Shown piece by piece: positions 19,649 through 29,642 of a stretch of 64,000 nucleotides of DNA. The position numbers and the translations under genes were made by a program. The stretch's first letter is position 1. The number at the start of each line of letters is the position of its first letter. Source of the stretch: an uncultured Candidatus Binatia bacterium (GTDB lineage: Bacteria > Desulfobacterota > Binatia > UBA9968 > JAJDTQ01); NCBI GenBank assembly GCA_964291295.2, contig OZ219754.1, positions 1,216,001-1,280,000 of the forward strand. The letters are read 5' to 3'. The notes under the pieces were generated by a model. It was not told the origin of the DNA and did not search any database. It saw only the letters and a list, made by a program, of their open reading frames with translations.

Positions 19649-22342
19649 TCAGAATCCGTACTTGGAGCGGCGCATCTCGAAGGCGTCCTTGCCGCCCTCG
19701 AGAGTTTCCTCGACCAGTTCCCGCACGGATGTCGAGTCGATGGAGCCCATATGTTCGCGCGCGATCTTCGCGTGACCGCCGGCGGTCTCGCCGGATGCGG
19801 CGAGACCAAGGATCAGTTCGGCGTCGCCGAGCACCGGGATATTCGCATTGTGTGTCGACAAAACGAACTGCCGGCGCCGCTTTTCCCGTCGCATGATGGG
19901 AACGATGACCTCGGTGATGAAGCGATTGTCGAGGTCGTCTTCGGGCTGGTCCACCACCAGCGGCGCCCTGGAGTCGAGCAGCAACAGCAGCAGGACGGCT
20001 GTCGCCTTCTGCCCTGTGGAGAGTGCGTCCAGCTCCCGCCACACCGGTTCGGCGTCCGGTGCCGTGTTCAGTTCGATGTGGGTCGTGGCGGGCAGTTCGA
20101 GTTCCTCGATCCTCATGTGCAGGTCGAGTCCGGCGTCGGCGATTCGTTCCGCGGCGCCCGGAGGAAGATCGTATTTCGAAATCAGGGCATCCTTGCCTTC
20201 CCGGCAGTGCCGCGCAAGCTCGGGCAGGGACAGAACATCGACATCATGAAGACGTCTCAGCGCAGGGGTGAGGTTGCCTCCGACGGTTCGCAGAAGCACT
20301 TCCAGCGGACTCCGGTCTCCGGCCATGGTGACGGTGACCCTTACCCGGTCTCGGAGCTTCCGGGAAATGCTGCGGGCTGCGTCGTCGATCTCCCGATATT
20401 CGCGCGTGTTGGCATCCTCCCATTCCGCGAGCAGTTTGCGGCGGTGCGCCTCATGTGTCTCCAGGTTCTTCACAAGATTTTCCCGCCGGTCCTTGAGCGG
20501 CCGCAACTCCTCGATCTGCCGGCGAAGGCGAATGAACTCCGCACCATCGATGCTGGACTTCTGAAGATCCCGCAGCAGTCGCTCATAGGCTTCTTCGATA
20601 CCTTTGCGATCCTCGTTCCATCGCTCCCTGATTTCCGCCATTGCCGCATCCGCTTCCGACAGGGCGTCGTCGAACCGGCTTGCGATCTCCTGGAGCCGTG
20701 AACTCAAGGTCGTGAGAACCTGGTCCATCCTGGCCGGGATGTCTGCATCGGGAAGCTCCTTGAGCGCTTTTTCCGACACGAAGGCCGCATCAATGGGAAG
20801 GGTCTCGGCGAGCTCCCTGCGGAGTGTCCGGACCGGCTCCAGACGTTCGCCCAGGATCGAGAACAGGGTCTCCTCCCTGACCAGACGGCTTTTCTCCTTG
20901 AGTCGTTCTTCCAGTCCCGCCTGCTGGAAGCGTTTCTGCGTCTCCTCCAGTCCGGGCAAGGCCGCCAGGCGCTCCTCCAGCGTTTCCAGTTCGCCCCGGG
21001 TGTCCAGGATCCGACGACGCGATTGCTCAAGCGCCATTCGAATTTCCGTCTTCCGACCGGAAAGCGACGGATCGCGTTCCGCAAACCGCTCCAGGAGCAG
21101 GGTGAGCCGCTCGGGGCTCCTTGCCAGTTCGGAGATCTCATGCTGGCCGAACACCTGCACGCCCGGCATCGTGTCCCGGGGCGACAAGGCCAGCAGTTCG
21201 CCCGTCCCGTCCCTTGCGGCGGGTGGATTGGGCACCGTGCGTTCAATGACGTATCGCGTCTCGGACGGGTGGTGCGAACGGACCAGCAGCGAGATTTTCG
21301 TTCCTGGCCGCAGGACGTGCCTGACGACCTCTTCGTGCGCCTTCCGCGCCTCGTCTCCCAGGGGTTCGAGGCCGAGCGCATAGCGCACGCTCTCGATCAG
21401 CGTGGACTTGCCGGTGCCGCGTCCGCCGATCAGGGTGTTGAGGTTGCCGTTGAAGTGGACCGAAGCGCCGTCCAGAAATCCGCCGTCCCAAGTCATTGCG
21501 AGGAGTTCGGCATGGGGTTCGGGCGGCGGGTCGCTGTTCAGTCGAACACGGGAATCCGGGTCGAGAAACGCCTGACGGAGCGCTTCGACCGAGACTTCCG
21601 ACATCTTGATGAAGCAGGAGGCGCTGGCCCGTTTCAGGTCTTCCGGACCGTTGACGTCCGAAGCATTCACGATCGCCAAGGCGCGCGCACGCGCGTGCCC
21701 GGCATCCTTGTTCTCGAGAATGGCCTTGAACCGTTGCGGCGCTTCCCCGACAGGCCCCGGCAGTGCACAGGCAAGCAGGTCGGGCGACTGCCAGACGGCG
21801 ATGCGGGCCTGGCCGCCGAGGGTTTGAAGCAGCCCTCCCTTTGAGGCCACATGCGCGGCCATGACCGTCGCCCCCCAGTCCCGCGCCCTTTTGAGCAGGT
21901 CCGTTGAATCGAGACTGCCCAGCGGGGACGGTTCGCTCGAATCGTGGACGCCGCACTCCCCGATGAACCTTTCCAGGTTTTCGTCCTCGTCCGGATCGAA
22001 CAAACACAGGAAAGGGACGCCGTCCTTCGCCACCGCCTCGAAGCCGCCGAACGCGAAAAGATCGGCCTCGCGGCAGGCCCGGACGAGTGCCCTGGGCGTC
22101 TCGACGCGGTAGTGGTCCGTGACGGCCACGACCTCGACGCCGGCTTCACGGCAGGCCCGGACGATCGCTTCGTTGTAGTCCGCTTCCGAGCGGAACTCCG
22201 TCGGTTTGTCATGTCGCTGGAGATAGGTGAACGGATTGATCTGCAGGGCACACCGGTAGAAACGGGCACCGTTCGGGAGCCGCTCGGCGGATGCCAGGCG
22301 TTCTGAACCCGTGATTGTCGAACCGGATGCTGTCATGGCCAT
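19649..22342 (-). CDS. PHP-domain + coiled-coil ABC ATPase (TrlF/Ppl-like defence protein)
   Basis: N-terminal PHP-like motifs (AVTDHY, AAHV, SD), IGGRGTGKST Walker A, long coiled coil, LSTGQK, DQPEDDLDN, STHNANIPVLGDAE, LEGG..AF. Confidence 0.88.
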   Translation of the reverse strand: MAMTASGSTITGSERLASAERLPNGARFYRCALQINPFTYLQRHDKPTEFRSEADYNEAIVRACREAGVEVVAVTDHYRVETPRALVRACREADLFAFGGFEAVAKDGVPFLCLFDPDEDENLERFIGECGVHDSSEPSPLGSLDSTDLLKRARDWGATVMAAHVASKGGLLQTLGGQARIAVWQSPDLLACALPGPVGEAPQRFKAILENKDAGHARARALAIVNASDVNGPEDLKRASASCFIKMSEVSVEALRQAFLDPDSRVRLNSDPPPEPHAELLAMTWDGGFLDGASVHFNGNLNTLIGGRGTGKSTLIESVRYALGLEPLGDEARKAHEEVVRHVLRPGTKISLLVRSHHPSETRYVIERTVPNPPAARDGTGELLALSPRDTMPGVQVFGQHEISELARSPERLTLLLERFAERDPSLSGRKTEIRMALEQSRRRILDTRGELETLEERLAALPGLEETQKRFQQAGLEERLKEKSRLVREETLFSILGERLEPVRTLRRELAETLPIDAAFVSEKALKELPDADIPARMDQVLTTLSSRLQEIASRFDDALSEADAAMAEIRERWNEDRKGIEEAYERLLRDLQKSSIDGAEFIRLRRQIEELRPLKDRRENLVKNLETHEAHRRKLLAEWEDANTREYREIDDAARSISRKLRDRVRVTVTMAGDRSPLEVLLRTVGGNLTPALRRLHDVDVLSLPELARHCREGKDALISKYDLPPGAAERIADAGLDLHMRIEELELPATTHIELNTAPDAEPVWRELDALSTGQKATAVLLLLLLDSRAPLVVDQPEDDLDNRFITEVIVPIMRREKRRRQFVLSTHNANIPVLGDAELILGLAASGETAGGHAKIAREHMGSIDSTSVRELVEETLEGGKDAFEMRRSKYGF

Positions 22343-22388
22343 GCCTTGTCCTTCGCCGGCGTTCGAACCGTTCGCTGCGTTGCTGGCC

Positions 22389-22826
22389 CTAACCGAGGTG
22401 GGTAATCTCGACACCACCCCAACGGTCGTTCAGATACTCCGCCACCAGTCGACGGTGGCAATGGTGCGGCTTGTCCTCGCTGCAAAGCAGGCAGCCGTAT
22501 GCAATGATCTCCTCCGGGATCAATTGCTCAATTTGTCGTTGGCGCATGAGTTCGAGGAAGCGGGCCTCGTAGGCTTCCCACGCACCTCCTCGCTTCTTGT
22601 ACTCGTCCAGCAGATCCTTCGTGGGTGCGAGTTCAGGCACGTGGACATATTCCATTCCACAGATCTCGGCGAGAAAGAATGCCAGGTCGTCGCGTTTGGC
22701 GAAGCCGGCGAGTTGCGACACGTTGTGGAGGCGGACATCCACCACGCGTCGAGCACCGGACTCGCGCAGCAGACCAAAGAATCGATCCGCGGACTTCCTG
22801 GTGAAACCGATGGTGAACACCTTCAT
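22389..22826 (-). CDS. DUF488 family protein (short form)
   Basis: FTIGFT.KSA..FF, VVDVRL, ELAP, CLLCSE..PHHCHRRLVAEYL. Confidence 0.9.
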   Translation of the reverse strand: MKVFTIGFTRKSADRFFGLLRESGARRVVDVRLHNVSQLAGFAKRDDLAFFLAEICGMEYVHVPELAPTKDLLDEYKKRGGAWEAYEARFLELMRQRQIEQLIPEEIIAYGCLLCSEDKPHHCHRRLVAEYLNDRWGGVEITHLG

Positions 22827-23446
22827 GGGGCTTGCTCCTCGGTCCGTGCGGCGAGCTTGTCGTTCACATACGCCACGCGTTTCGACTGTCGCGCGACAGC
22901 GGTGGCAATCAATTCGTCGTGCGTGTGATAGAGATCCTCGCGGGGCAGCTTCAGGATGTCGAGCAGGCGATCCATTGCACGGCCGTGCGTTTCAAGCAGA
23001 CCGTCGGCATGGATGTGCGCGATATCGAGCCCCTGCTCGTCCAGGGCGCGCGAGACAAGGAGCGTCCGGTGGCAGTGGAGCGGTTCCTTCTCCGCGCACA
23101 TGAGCACGATCCGGCACTTGACGGCGCCGCGAACGATGCGGTTCAACCCATCCTTGAACAAATCCGTCGCCGCGAGACGGTCGTACCGGATACGTCCGTT
23201 CTCGTAGCAGGCAGGGTCTTCGGACCGCCCCCCCAACGCATCGCCGAGATACACGTAGTGGACCCCTTGCGCAACGAGGGCTTCGGCAAGCGGTTCACGG
23301 TTAAACTGAGGATTGAATCGGCTGTACGGAACAAAGCGCACATCGGCCAACACCCTCACACGGTGCTGCCGCAACAACGCAAAAAACGTCGGTAGAGCGT
23401 GCGTGGAATGACCGATGGTCAGCACTGCCTGGGATCTTTCACTCAT
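22823..23446 (-). CDS. DUF488 family protein (long form)
   Basis: LTIGHST, ADVR..PYSRFNPQFN, LGGR, LMCAEKEPL.CHR..LV. Confidence 0.9.
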   Translation of the reverse strand: MSERSQAVLTIGHSTHALPTFFALLRQHRVRVLADVRFVPYSRFNPQFNREPLAEALVAQGVHYVYLGDALGGRSEDPACYENGRIRYDRLAATDLFKDGLNRIVRGAVKCRIVLMCAEKEPLHCHRTLLVSRALDEQGLDIAHIHADGLLETHGRAMDRLLDILKLPREDLYHTHDELIATAVARQSKRVAYVNDKLAARTEEQAP

Positions 23447-24135
23447 GAATTCCGCTCGCATTCCCTCGCAATTACCGAGGCAATCAACTTGTAACACGAA
23501 CCCCTGAACGGTTCCCCCAGACTGATGGTGAGATAGCACGCACCGATTTGGTGGTCACCGGGCCTTGCGAGATATTTCTGTTCGTATATCGGATCGGTGA
23601 TCCAAAGGGTGTAGCTTTCTCCCGCCTGCACAAACTGCCCTTGGACACGCCGCCTCATGTCACCAAAGGCCTCGCCGGGACTGAATACCGACAGCCGAAG
23701 CTCTTGCAGATGAACGAGTCTCAACGAACTTCTGACCGAATCGGTGAGCTCGATGGGAATCCTGTCGTTTCGGCCATGGCCGGTGTGATGACCATTGATC
23801 CAGAGCGGGGCAACGGGATCCACGAGTGCCGGCAAGTCGAGCTACGACAGCTTGCCTGCCTTCTCCCAGCGTTGTTCCGAATCAAGCAGCCAGTTCTCGG
23901 TCTGATAGGCATCCGGCTGCGATTCAAGAACCGGAATGTCAATGACGTCCAGGAGTTTCGGATCACTTCCATCCTGATACCGGCGTTCACTCTCCGAAAC
24001 CTCTTGATGTTCACGCGCACTGACGGGCCGGATCCATCCGCCAGCCCGGCCGTCGCGCCATTCCCGCCCGGCTATGCATCGTCCGTGCAGCTTCCTGGAG
24101 TTCGCAAGGCAGACAAAGCGTTTTACTTGCGGCAT
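23443..24135 (-). pseudogene. Dual OB-fold domain protein interrupted by an in-frame TAG at 23842-23844
   Basis: ORFs 23842..24150 and 23443..23835 share one frame: VCLANSRK..GRCIAG..WIRPVS..QTEN, then stop, then ITDP..LTISLGEPF..CYKLIA. Confidence 0.8.
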
Positions 24136-24500
24136 GACGGATGTCTCCATTGTCTCCGACCTGTCCCGAAGGTTTCGGTTCCGCCGCTCCTGCGGTGGCC
24201 CGGGGTTTGACTCCTTTGATGTGGATATCGGTCAACGTCCCGGACGTCACGCGCAAGTATCGCCATGCTGCGGGGGTCGGGACAGCCGTGATTCTGCAGT
24301 CGACTGGTGTCGGTTTCAAACTTCCCGCCGATGATTTCCGCGAGGGTATAGCCGCGGCCGATGCCGTGGAGAAAGCGGAAGGCGTCGCGGATGTTGCTCT
24401 TGCCGCTGGCGTTGGCACCGACGATCACGGTGAACGGGCCGACGCGCAGCGTCTCGTCGGCGAAGTTCTTGAAGTTCCTGAGCCGGAGCGAGGTGATCAT
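24123..24500 (-). pseudogene. Truncated AAA/ABC ATPase (N-terminal ~60 aa only)
   Basis: MITSLRLRNFKNF..GPFTVIVGANASGKSN..DAFRFL; recognisable similarity stops near 24315 and there is no Walker B. Confidence 0.75.
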
Positions 24501-27500
24501 GGCCGTGTCTCCAGCCCGAGACTCGCCTGGCGCGGATCGGTGACGCCCGCGCGGGCGGCGATATGGTTGGACAGCGATTCGAGGATTGCGCGTTCCTCCG
24601 AGCCTGTCGGCGCCAATTCGATCAGCGCCTGCAGCAGTCGGGCGAACAGGGCGTGACGCGCGAGGCCGCTGTCGTCGACATGGTCGTTCACCTTGGCTTC
24701 GTCGCCGGCGCGCCAGAGGTGCATCAGCCGGTGCACCCGGTCGATGAGCGGCACGGGCCGGCCGCCCGGTCCTTCGTAGCCGAGCCACTTTGCCTTGCGC
24801 CGGGTCCAGGGCAGCAGCCTGACCTTGGTGCCGCCACCGGCGGTACTGTCATCCCCATCGCCGGTTTCGTCGTCGTCCTCCAGTTCGTCGGACGGCGTGC
24901 GGCCGGGGCGCGAGAGGAGGGCAAAGCGGTCGGAGAGGTCGCGGTCGGACAGATTGCAGGACAGCGCGTACAGGATGCAGGCCCCCACGGGCGCCTCGCC
25001 CAAGCCGAAATCGCCCCGGTGCAGCAGATAGTAGGTGGTGACGTCGTCGAGCCCGCTCGCGGCGTCTTCCTCTCCGTCGCCGGTGAGCACCCGGCCGACC
25101 ACGAAGTCCACCACCATGCGCCGCACCTCACGCAGAAATTCGGAGACCGTCATCACTGCGCCCGGCTCGTCGGCCTTCTTGACGACGGGATGCCGGGAGA
25201 AGGCTTCGAGCGCCGGCCCCGTCGCCGCCCACACGAAATCCGGTCCGCGAATGCCGGCATCCCAGAAGCCGCGCAGCCGGTGGGTGATGTTGGTGCGCAT
25301 CTCGGCGAGCACCGCAGCGTCCCATCCGGGTCCCGCCGGCGGGCGCTTGCGGCAGACGAGCCAGACCGAGGAGGCCAAGGCGGCCGAAGCCATCGCCCGT
25401 GTCCGCGTGGTCATCTCGGTGCGGATCGGCCAGGAGCCGTCGACGACGAAGCCGGCGCGGATCAGTGCCGCGACCAAGGTTTCCCAAGCATCGGGCGACT
25501 TGTTGGCGAACACGACGACCAAGCGCCCTTCCGGGTTCAGCGCCTCATGGCAGGCCCGGAAGGCGCGGGCCATGCCGTTTTCGTAGGTCTGTTTTGACAG
25601 TGCCTTGTCGCCTTCGAACCGACTGGCGTCGTCGATCAGCTCGCCGTCGCCGCTCGCCGCATTCCACTTCGGGCCGAGGGGGTCGGCGAATACCGGATCC
25701 GCGTCGGGCACGACGCCGCGTAGTGCGCGCCGCAGCCAGACATGGAAGAAGTCCATGAGGTCCGAATAGGGGATGGCGTCGTAGTAGGGCGGATCGGTGC
25801 AGATCAGGTCGAAACCGCCGGAAGCGGGGTCGATTGCGGACCGCCGCAACACACTTGCACCGGGTGCTGCCTTCGCGGCGTCCTGCAGATGTTTGACGAC
25901 TCGGGCAACCCATTCCAGTGCCCCGAGAAAGTTGCCCGACGCGCCCGATAGAGGATTCACTTCAGCGAAATCCCAGACGATTGGCAAGGCAAAGCGGGCA
26001 AAGGTGTGTCCCAGGTTCTCCCTGCTATTGTGCCACGAGCAGACGGTGCTGGAATAATCCACGAGTCGGTCCAGGCATACGGCAATGGAGGCCACTACTG
26101 CCTCGCGCCATTGCGTCGGGAGGTCTCCCATCCCGTCTGCCCCGGCGGCGCACCGGCGTATCTCCCGCAACACCGAGCCCAGCGCCAGAAGCTGCCGGTC
26201 GGTGAACAGCTTGGCCCACTGGTCGAGGCCGTAAAGCGGGATGCGAAAACCCAGCGCCTCCTTGCCCGGCAATCGCTCCGCCGGCAGCCCGAACGGAATG
26301 TCCGCATACAATGCTTCCAGTTCGCTGGCGGAGACCTCCGCAGCGCGTAGCTCCGCGTCCTCCGGCAGGCGGTATTCCTTGCCCTTCGGTCCGTCCACCA
26401 CCACCGCGGTCATCACGGCACCCATGCGCCCGGCGCGGCCCTCGAGGCGGATGTCCTCCATGGTCATGATTGCATGACATGAGGACAGGGGGCAGCGTGC
26501 GCCGCTGCGGCTCATGGTGCCGGTGCCGAGATGCTTGTCGTGCTCACGACGCTGCGCCGCGTTGCCGCCCACGGGCGGAACCCCGGCCTTGACTCCGAAG
26601 ATGACGCCGCTCCTGTCCGCATTCGGCGTCATCGTGAGCAGGACGCGCTTGTTGTCCTTCTTGCAGAGCCAGAGCGTCTTGAGCAGCGGCAGTGTCGCCC
26701 GACAGCCCTTGCAGCGCACCGCGCGCGCCCAGAGCCAAGCCACCGCCGGCTTGGCCACCCAGCGCGGGTTGCGCGGATCCTTGAGGTAGGTTGCGTCGAA
26801 CCCGGCGTTCAGGGGTTCGACGTCGGTATTGCCGGCATCGTCCGGTTCCAGCCGTACAAGCGGTCGCTCCTCGAACGGCCTGCCACCGGGTGCCAGCGCC
26901 TGGAATGACGCATAGGTCGGATAGCGCTGCGCCAGCGCCGCGCGGACGCGGGCCAGTACGAGCCGGCCCCATGCGCGCACCTGCCAGGCGAGGTCGGCGG
27001 CGAAGAGGTCGCCATCGACCGACGGGGTGCGGTCGATGAGTGCCGGTTCGCGCTTGCCGTCCTCGCCGAAGCCGAGCGCCTCAAGCTGACGGGTGAGCGT
27101 CTTGCCCTTGAGACCCTTGGCCTTCAGGAACGCTCTCATGAGATCCGGGTCGGTGCGCGCGAACTCGGGCAGCGGCAGGGTCTTGCCCGCCAACCGCCGC
27201 GGATAGTCCAGTGTACACTTGAGGATGAACCAGGCCACCGGGTTGATGTCCATGGCGGTGGCTTCGCAGCCGAGCCGCATCGCCTCCAGCGGGATTGCTC
27301 CGCCGCCCGCGAACGGGTCCAGCACCTTGGGTGCGCGCCCGCCGTATGCTTTGCGGATGCGGACGCGGAACCAGTCGAGGTCCGGGCCGCCCTCGCGCCC
27401 CCAGTGCAGGATGCCGTCCCTGGTCTCGCGCCGGCGCCGTTCGGCTTCCCGCCCTTCCCGCCGTTCGGCCTTGACCGGCTCGCCAACCTCGCCCGCGAGC

Positions 27501-27718
27501 CGGCGGTAGATTTCCCGGCGCTCCGTGGCGTTGCCCGGGTCGGGCAGCAGCGTCGCGATCAGCGCCGCCCGGCAAGCCGCCAGCGGTCGCCGCGCCGGCC
27601 AGATATGCAGCGTCGAGATATGCCCATGCCGCACGGTCTTCTCGTGCACCGAGTCGAGCGAAACCTGCTCCAGTGGAAAATCGGCCTCGATCAGGCGCGT
27701 GTCGTCGGCGGTGGTCAT
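24497..27718 (-). CDS. DUF1156 adenine-specific DNA methyltransferase
   Basis: LHIWPARRPLAACRA, LDPFAGGGAIPLEAMRLG (motif I), TDPPYYD (motif IV), CxxC zinc ribbon. Confidence 0.93.
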   Translation of the reverse strand: MTTADDTRLIEADFPLEQVSLDSVHEKTVRHGHISTLHIWPARRPLAACRAALIATLLPDPGNATERREIYRRLAGEVGEPVKAERREGREAERRRRETRDGILHWGREGGPDLDWFRVRIRKAYGGRAPKVLDPFAGGGAIPLEAMRLGCEATAMDINPVAWFILKCTLDYPRRLAGKTLPLPEFARTDPDLMRAFLKAKGLKGKTLTRQLEALGFGEDGKREPALIDRTPSVDGDLFAADLAWQVRAWGRLVLARVRAALAQRYPTYASFQALAPGGRPFEERPLVRLEPDDAGNTDVEPLNAGFDATYLKDPRNPRWVAKPAVAWLWARAVRCKGCRATLPLLKTLWLCKKDNKRVLLTMTPNADRSGVIFGVKAGVPPVGGNAAQRREHDKHLGTGTMSRSGARCPLSSCHAIMTMEDIRLEGRAGRMGAVMTAVVVDGPKGKEYRLPEDAELRAAEVSASELEALYADIPFGLPAERLPGKEALGFRIPLYGLDQWAKLFTDRQLLALGSVLREIRRCAAGADGMGDLPTQWREAVVASIAVCLDRLVDYSSTVCSWHNSRENLGHTFARFALPIVWDFAEVNPLSGASGNFLGALEWVARVVKHLQDAAKAAPGASVLRRSAIDPASGGFDLICTDPPYYDAIPYSDLMDFFHVWLRRALRGVVPDADPVFADPLGPKWNAASGDGELIDDASRFEGDKALSKQTYENGMARAFRACHEALNPEGRLVVVFANKSPDAWETLVAALIRAGFVVDGSWPIRTEMTTRTRAMASAALASSVWLVCRKRPPAGPGWDAAVLAEMRTNITHRLRGFWDAGIRGPDFVWAATGPALEAFSRHPVVKKADEPGAVMTVSEFLREVRRMVVDFVVGRVLTGDGEEDAASGLDDVTTYYLLHRGDFGLGEAPVGACILYALSCNLSDRDLSDRFALLSRPGRTPSDELEDDDETGDGDDSTAGGGTKVRLLPWTRRKAKWLGYEGPGGRPVPLIDRVHRLMHLWRAGDEAKVNDHVDDSGLARHALFARLLQALIELAPTGSEERAILESLSNHIAARAGVTDPRQASLGLETRP

Positions 27719-28728
27719 GAGGTGGCGTCGCGCGACGGTTCGGGCTCCAGGTCGATGGGAGTGAATGGGGGGTCATACCTGACCTGCCCGTCAGGATGTC
27801 TCTCGATGATGACGGCACTTGACAATTCACAACCTCGTCCACGCAGGAATTGTGACAGAGACTTCAAATAATCCATACGAAACGTGCACTCCGCAATCGT
27901 GAAAAGCTCTTTTCCGGAACGTGTCAGAGGGAGCATGGGCACACTTACGGATGGGTCAGTTTTTGATGTGGCTTTTGCTGATATTATCAAAAGTCTATCT
28001 TGGTATAACAGCCTTCTTCCCTGTTCATCTGCTTCGCCAAGAGGGAAACGATTTGAAAAAGACGAATCGACATGAAGAAGGCCAGCCTCTTGAAGGCTAA
28101 TCAAATTGCCCAAAGACAGCTCTTGGTGACCTCCGCTGCGGTTCCTGTAATAAAATATGAATTCACCATTGATGACGAAATCGCATATGCGCTCGAACGT
28201 CCTTGCGTCTTTGCTCGTCATGTTCCTTAGAACGTCCAGCGTCCGAAGCGAAGTTCGACCCGGCTCCCTGACCTCTCCCGCAAGGATCCTGGCCCAGATC
28301 TTACGCATGTCCTCCGACGAAATATCCTGAACGTTGTCGAAGAACCGTGCGGTCCAGTCGGGATCGGGTTCGTGGTCATCGACATCCTTGCCGTCCAGTT
28401 CAGCGGCGGCGCCCCGGACCACCGAGGCGATGTTGGTGTGCCGCTTCTTCTCCTGGAACTCGATCCGCTGTCGAATGCTATCGGGGTCCATTTCCAGTAC
28501 GCCGCGAACCTCATTGTACGGCTTGAGGAGGGTACGGCGCGCCTCGTCCTGAGCATGGGCGATGAGTTTCAGGCTGTCGGCATCGGCCTTTGTCTCGATG
28601 ATCTTGGCCTTCGCTTCCCGTCGCGCCTTCCAGGGAGCCAGCATCGGCCCCGCCACCGCGCCGATGCCGCTGGCGACGTACTTCACGAGCAATTCGACCG
28701 CCGGTATCCTGACGTTTAGGTTCACCAC
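27715..28728 (-). CDS. DUF2806 family protein
   Basis: GAAGGAG RBS before GTG 28728; E.K...NI..V, PDPDWTARFF..VQDIS.EDM..IWARILAGE...PG..SLRTL..L. Confidence 0.82.
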   Translation of the reverse strand: MVNLNVRIPAVELLVKYVASGIGAVAGPMLAPWKARREAKAKIIETKADADSLKLIAHAQDEARRTLLKPYNEVRGVLEMDPDSIRQRIEFQEKKRHTNIASVVRGAAAELDGKDVDDHEPDPDWTARFFDNVQDISSEDMRKIWARILAGEVREPGRTSLRTLDVLRNMTSKDARTFERICDFVINGEFIFYYRNRSGGHQELSLGNLISLQEAGLLHVDSSFSNRFPLGEADEQGRRLLYQDRLLIISAKATSKTDPSVSVPMLPLTRSGKELFTIAECTFRMDYLKSLSQFLRGRGCELSSAVIIERHPDGQVRYDPPFTPIDLEPEPSRDATS

Positions 28729-28977
28729 TCCGGTTGCTCCTTCACTCAATGCATCGCCGCGCGGCCGTCGCAGCGACAGCGATTCCTTGTCCACTTCCAT
28801 CCAGACGATCTTGCCGTCCTCGAATATGGCGATGGCGTTGCCGTTCTCCGCAGCCCGGCGGCGGGCGACTTCAGCGGCCCTCCGCAGGGCTGCTTCGGCG
28901 CCGGCCATGTCCGGATCCGGGTCGTGAGTGGGGGTGAGTCTTTCCTGCTGCCTGTCGTCCGACTTCTGTGGCTTCAT
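28729..28977 (-). CDS. Small partner (antitoxin-like) of the zeta-like ATPase; has no stop and reads in-frame into DUF2806
   Basis: ATG 28977 overlaps the ATPase stop; AALRRAA..ARRRAAE.G..IAIFEDGKIVW pattern resembles small genes that follow these ATPases. Confidence 0.6.
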
Positions 28978-29497
28978 GGGTTTTCTGCCTTCGCCAGCAG
29001 CACGGGGGCGATCCCGGAACTGTCGTATATTGCCCATCCGTCCACAAGATCGCGCCAGACGCGCTCGAAGTTGCGCCGGCCCGCACGGAGTCTTCGACGA
29101 ACCACCGTCTCGGGCACGCCGTGCCTGCCCTCCGAAACCCGCTGCCGGACGCGGGATATCGCCATTTCCGGCGTCGGGAGCCGCAGGAACAGCAGTTTCA
29201 CACGATAGCCCCGCTTTCGCCAGAGCGGAATCGAACGGGCGTGGCCACGGCCGCTCAAGGTCGTCTCGAAGGCGAAGCTCTCACCTCGGGTCGCATGGAA
29301 GTGGATTGTTTCGATCACCAGACGGCCGGCCCGGAACGCGACCGACGATGGGCGGAACGGACTCAACCCGCGGCGATCGAATCCGCATTGACAAAGGCCG
29401 GACAGTTCGCTTCGTTCTGCAGGAACTCCGTCGCGAACGTCGTCTTTCCCGCCCCGTTCGGCCCGGCAATGATCAGTATCTTCCGGTGCGCGTTCAT
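28974..29497 (-). pseudogene. Zeta-toxin-like (AAA_33) ATPase with a 1-nt frameshift near 29367
   Basis: Frame from ATG 29497: [23 protein letters not shown]; continues in another frame as LSPF..SFAFETTLSG..RV.QRV..G.H.VP..YDSS. Confidence 0.85.
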
Positions 29498-29642
29498 ACG
29501 CCTTGCTCAAGCTCAAGCGCTTTCGGACAGGCCGGTGTGATGCCGCGGGATCGGTTCGCGGCGGTGCACCGGTCGCACGCCGAGCGTCGCGAGGCAGGGA
29601 CCTTGCCCGGTGTTGCCGTGCTTTCATGGACAGGCCAGGCTT

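Noticed and set aside
15492-19775. 1427-aa plus-strand ORF
   Set aside because: Antisense to the DUF499 and AlbA genes
23842-23844. Pyrrolysine recoding as a firm call
   Set aside because: No pyl genes in the window, and TGG>TAG is the simpler explanation
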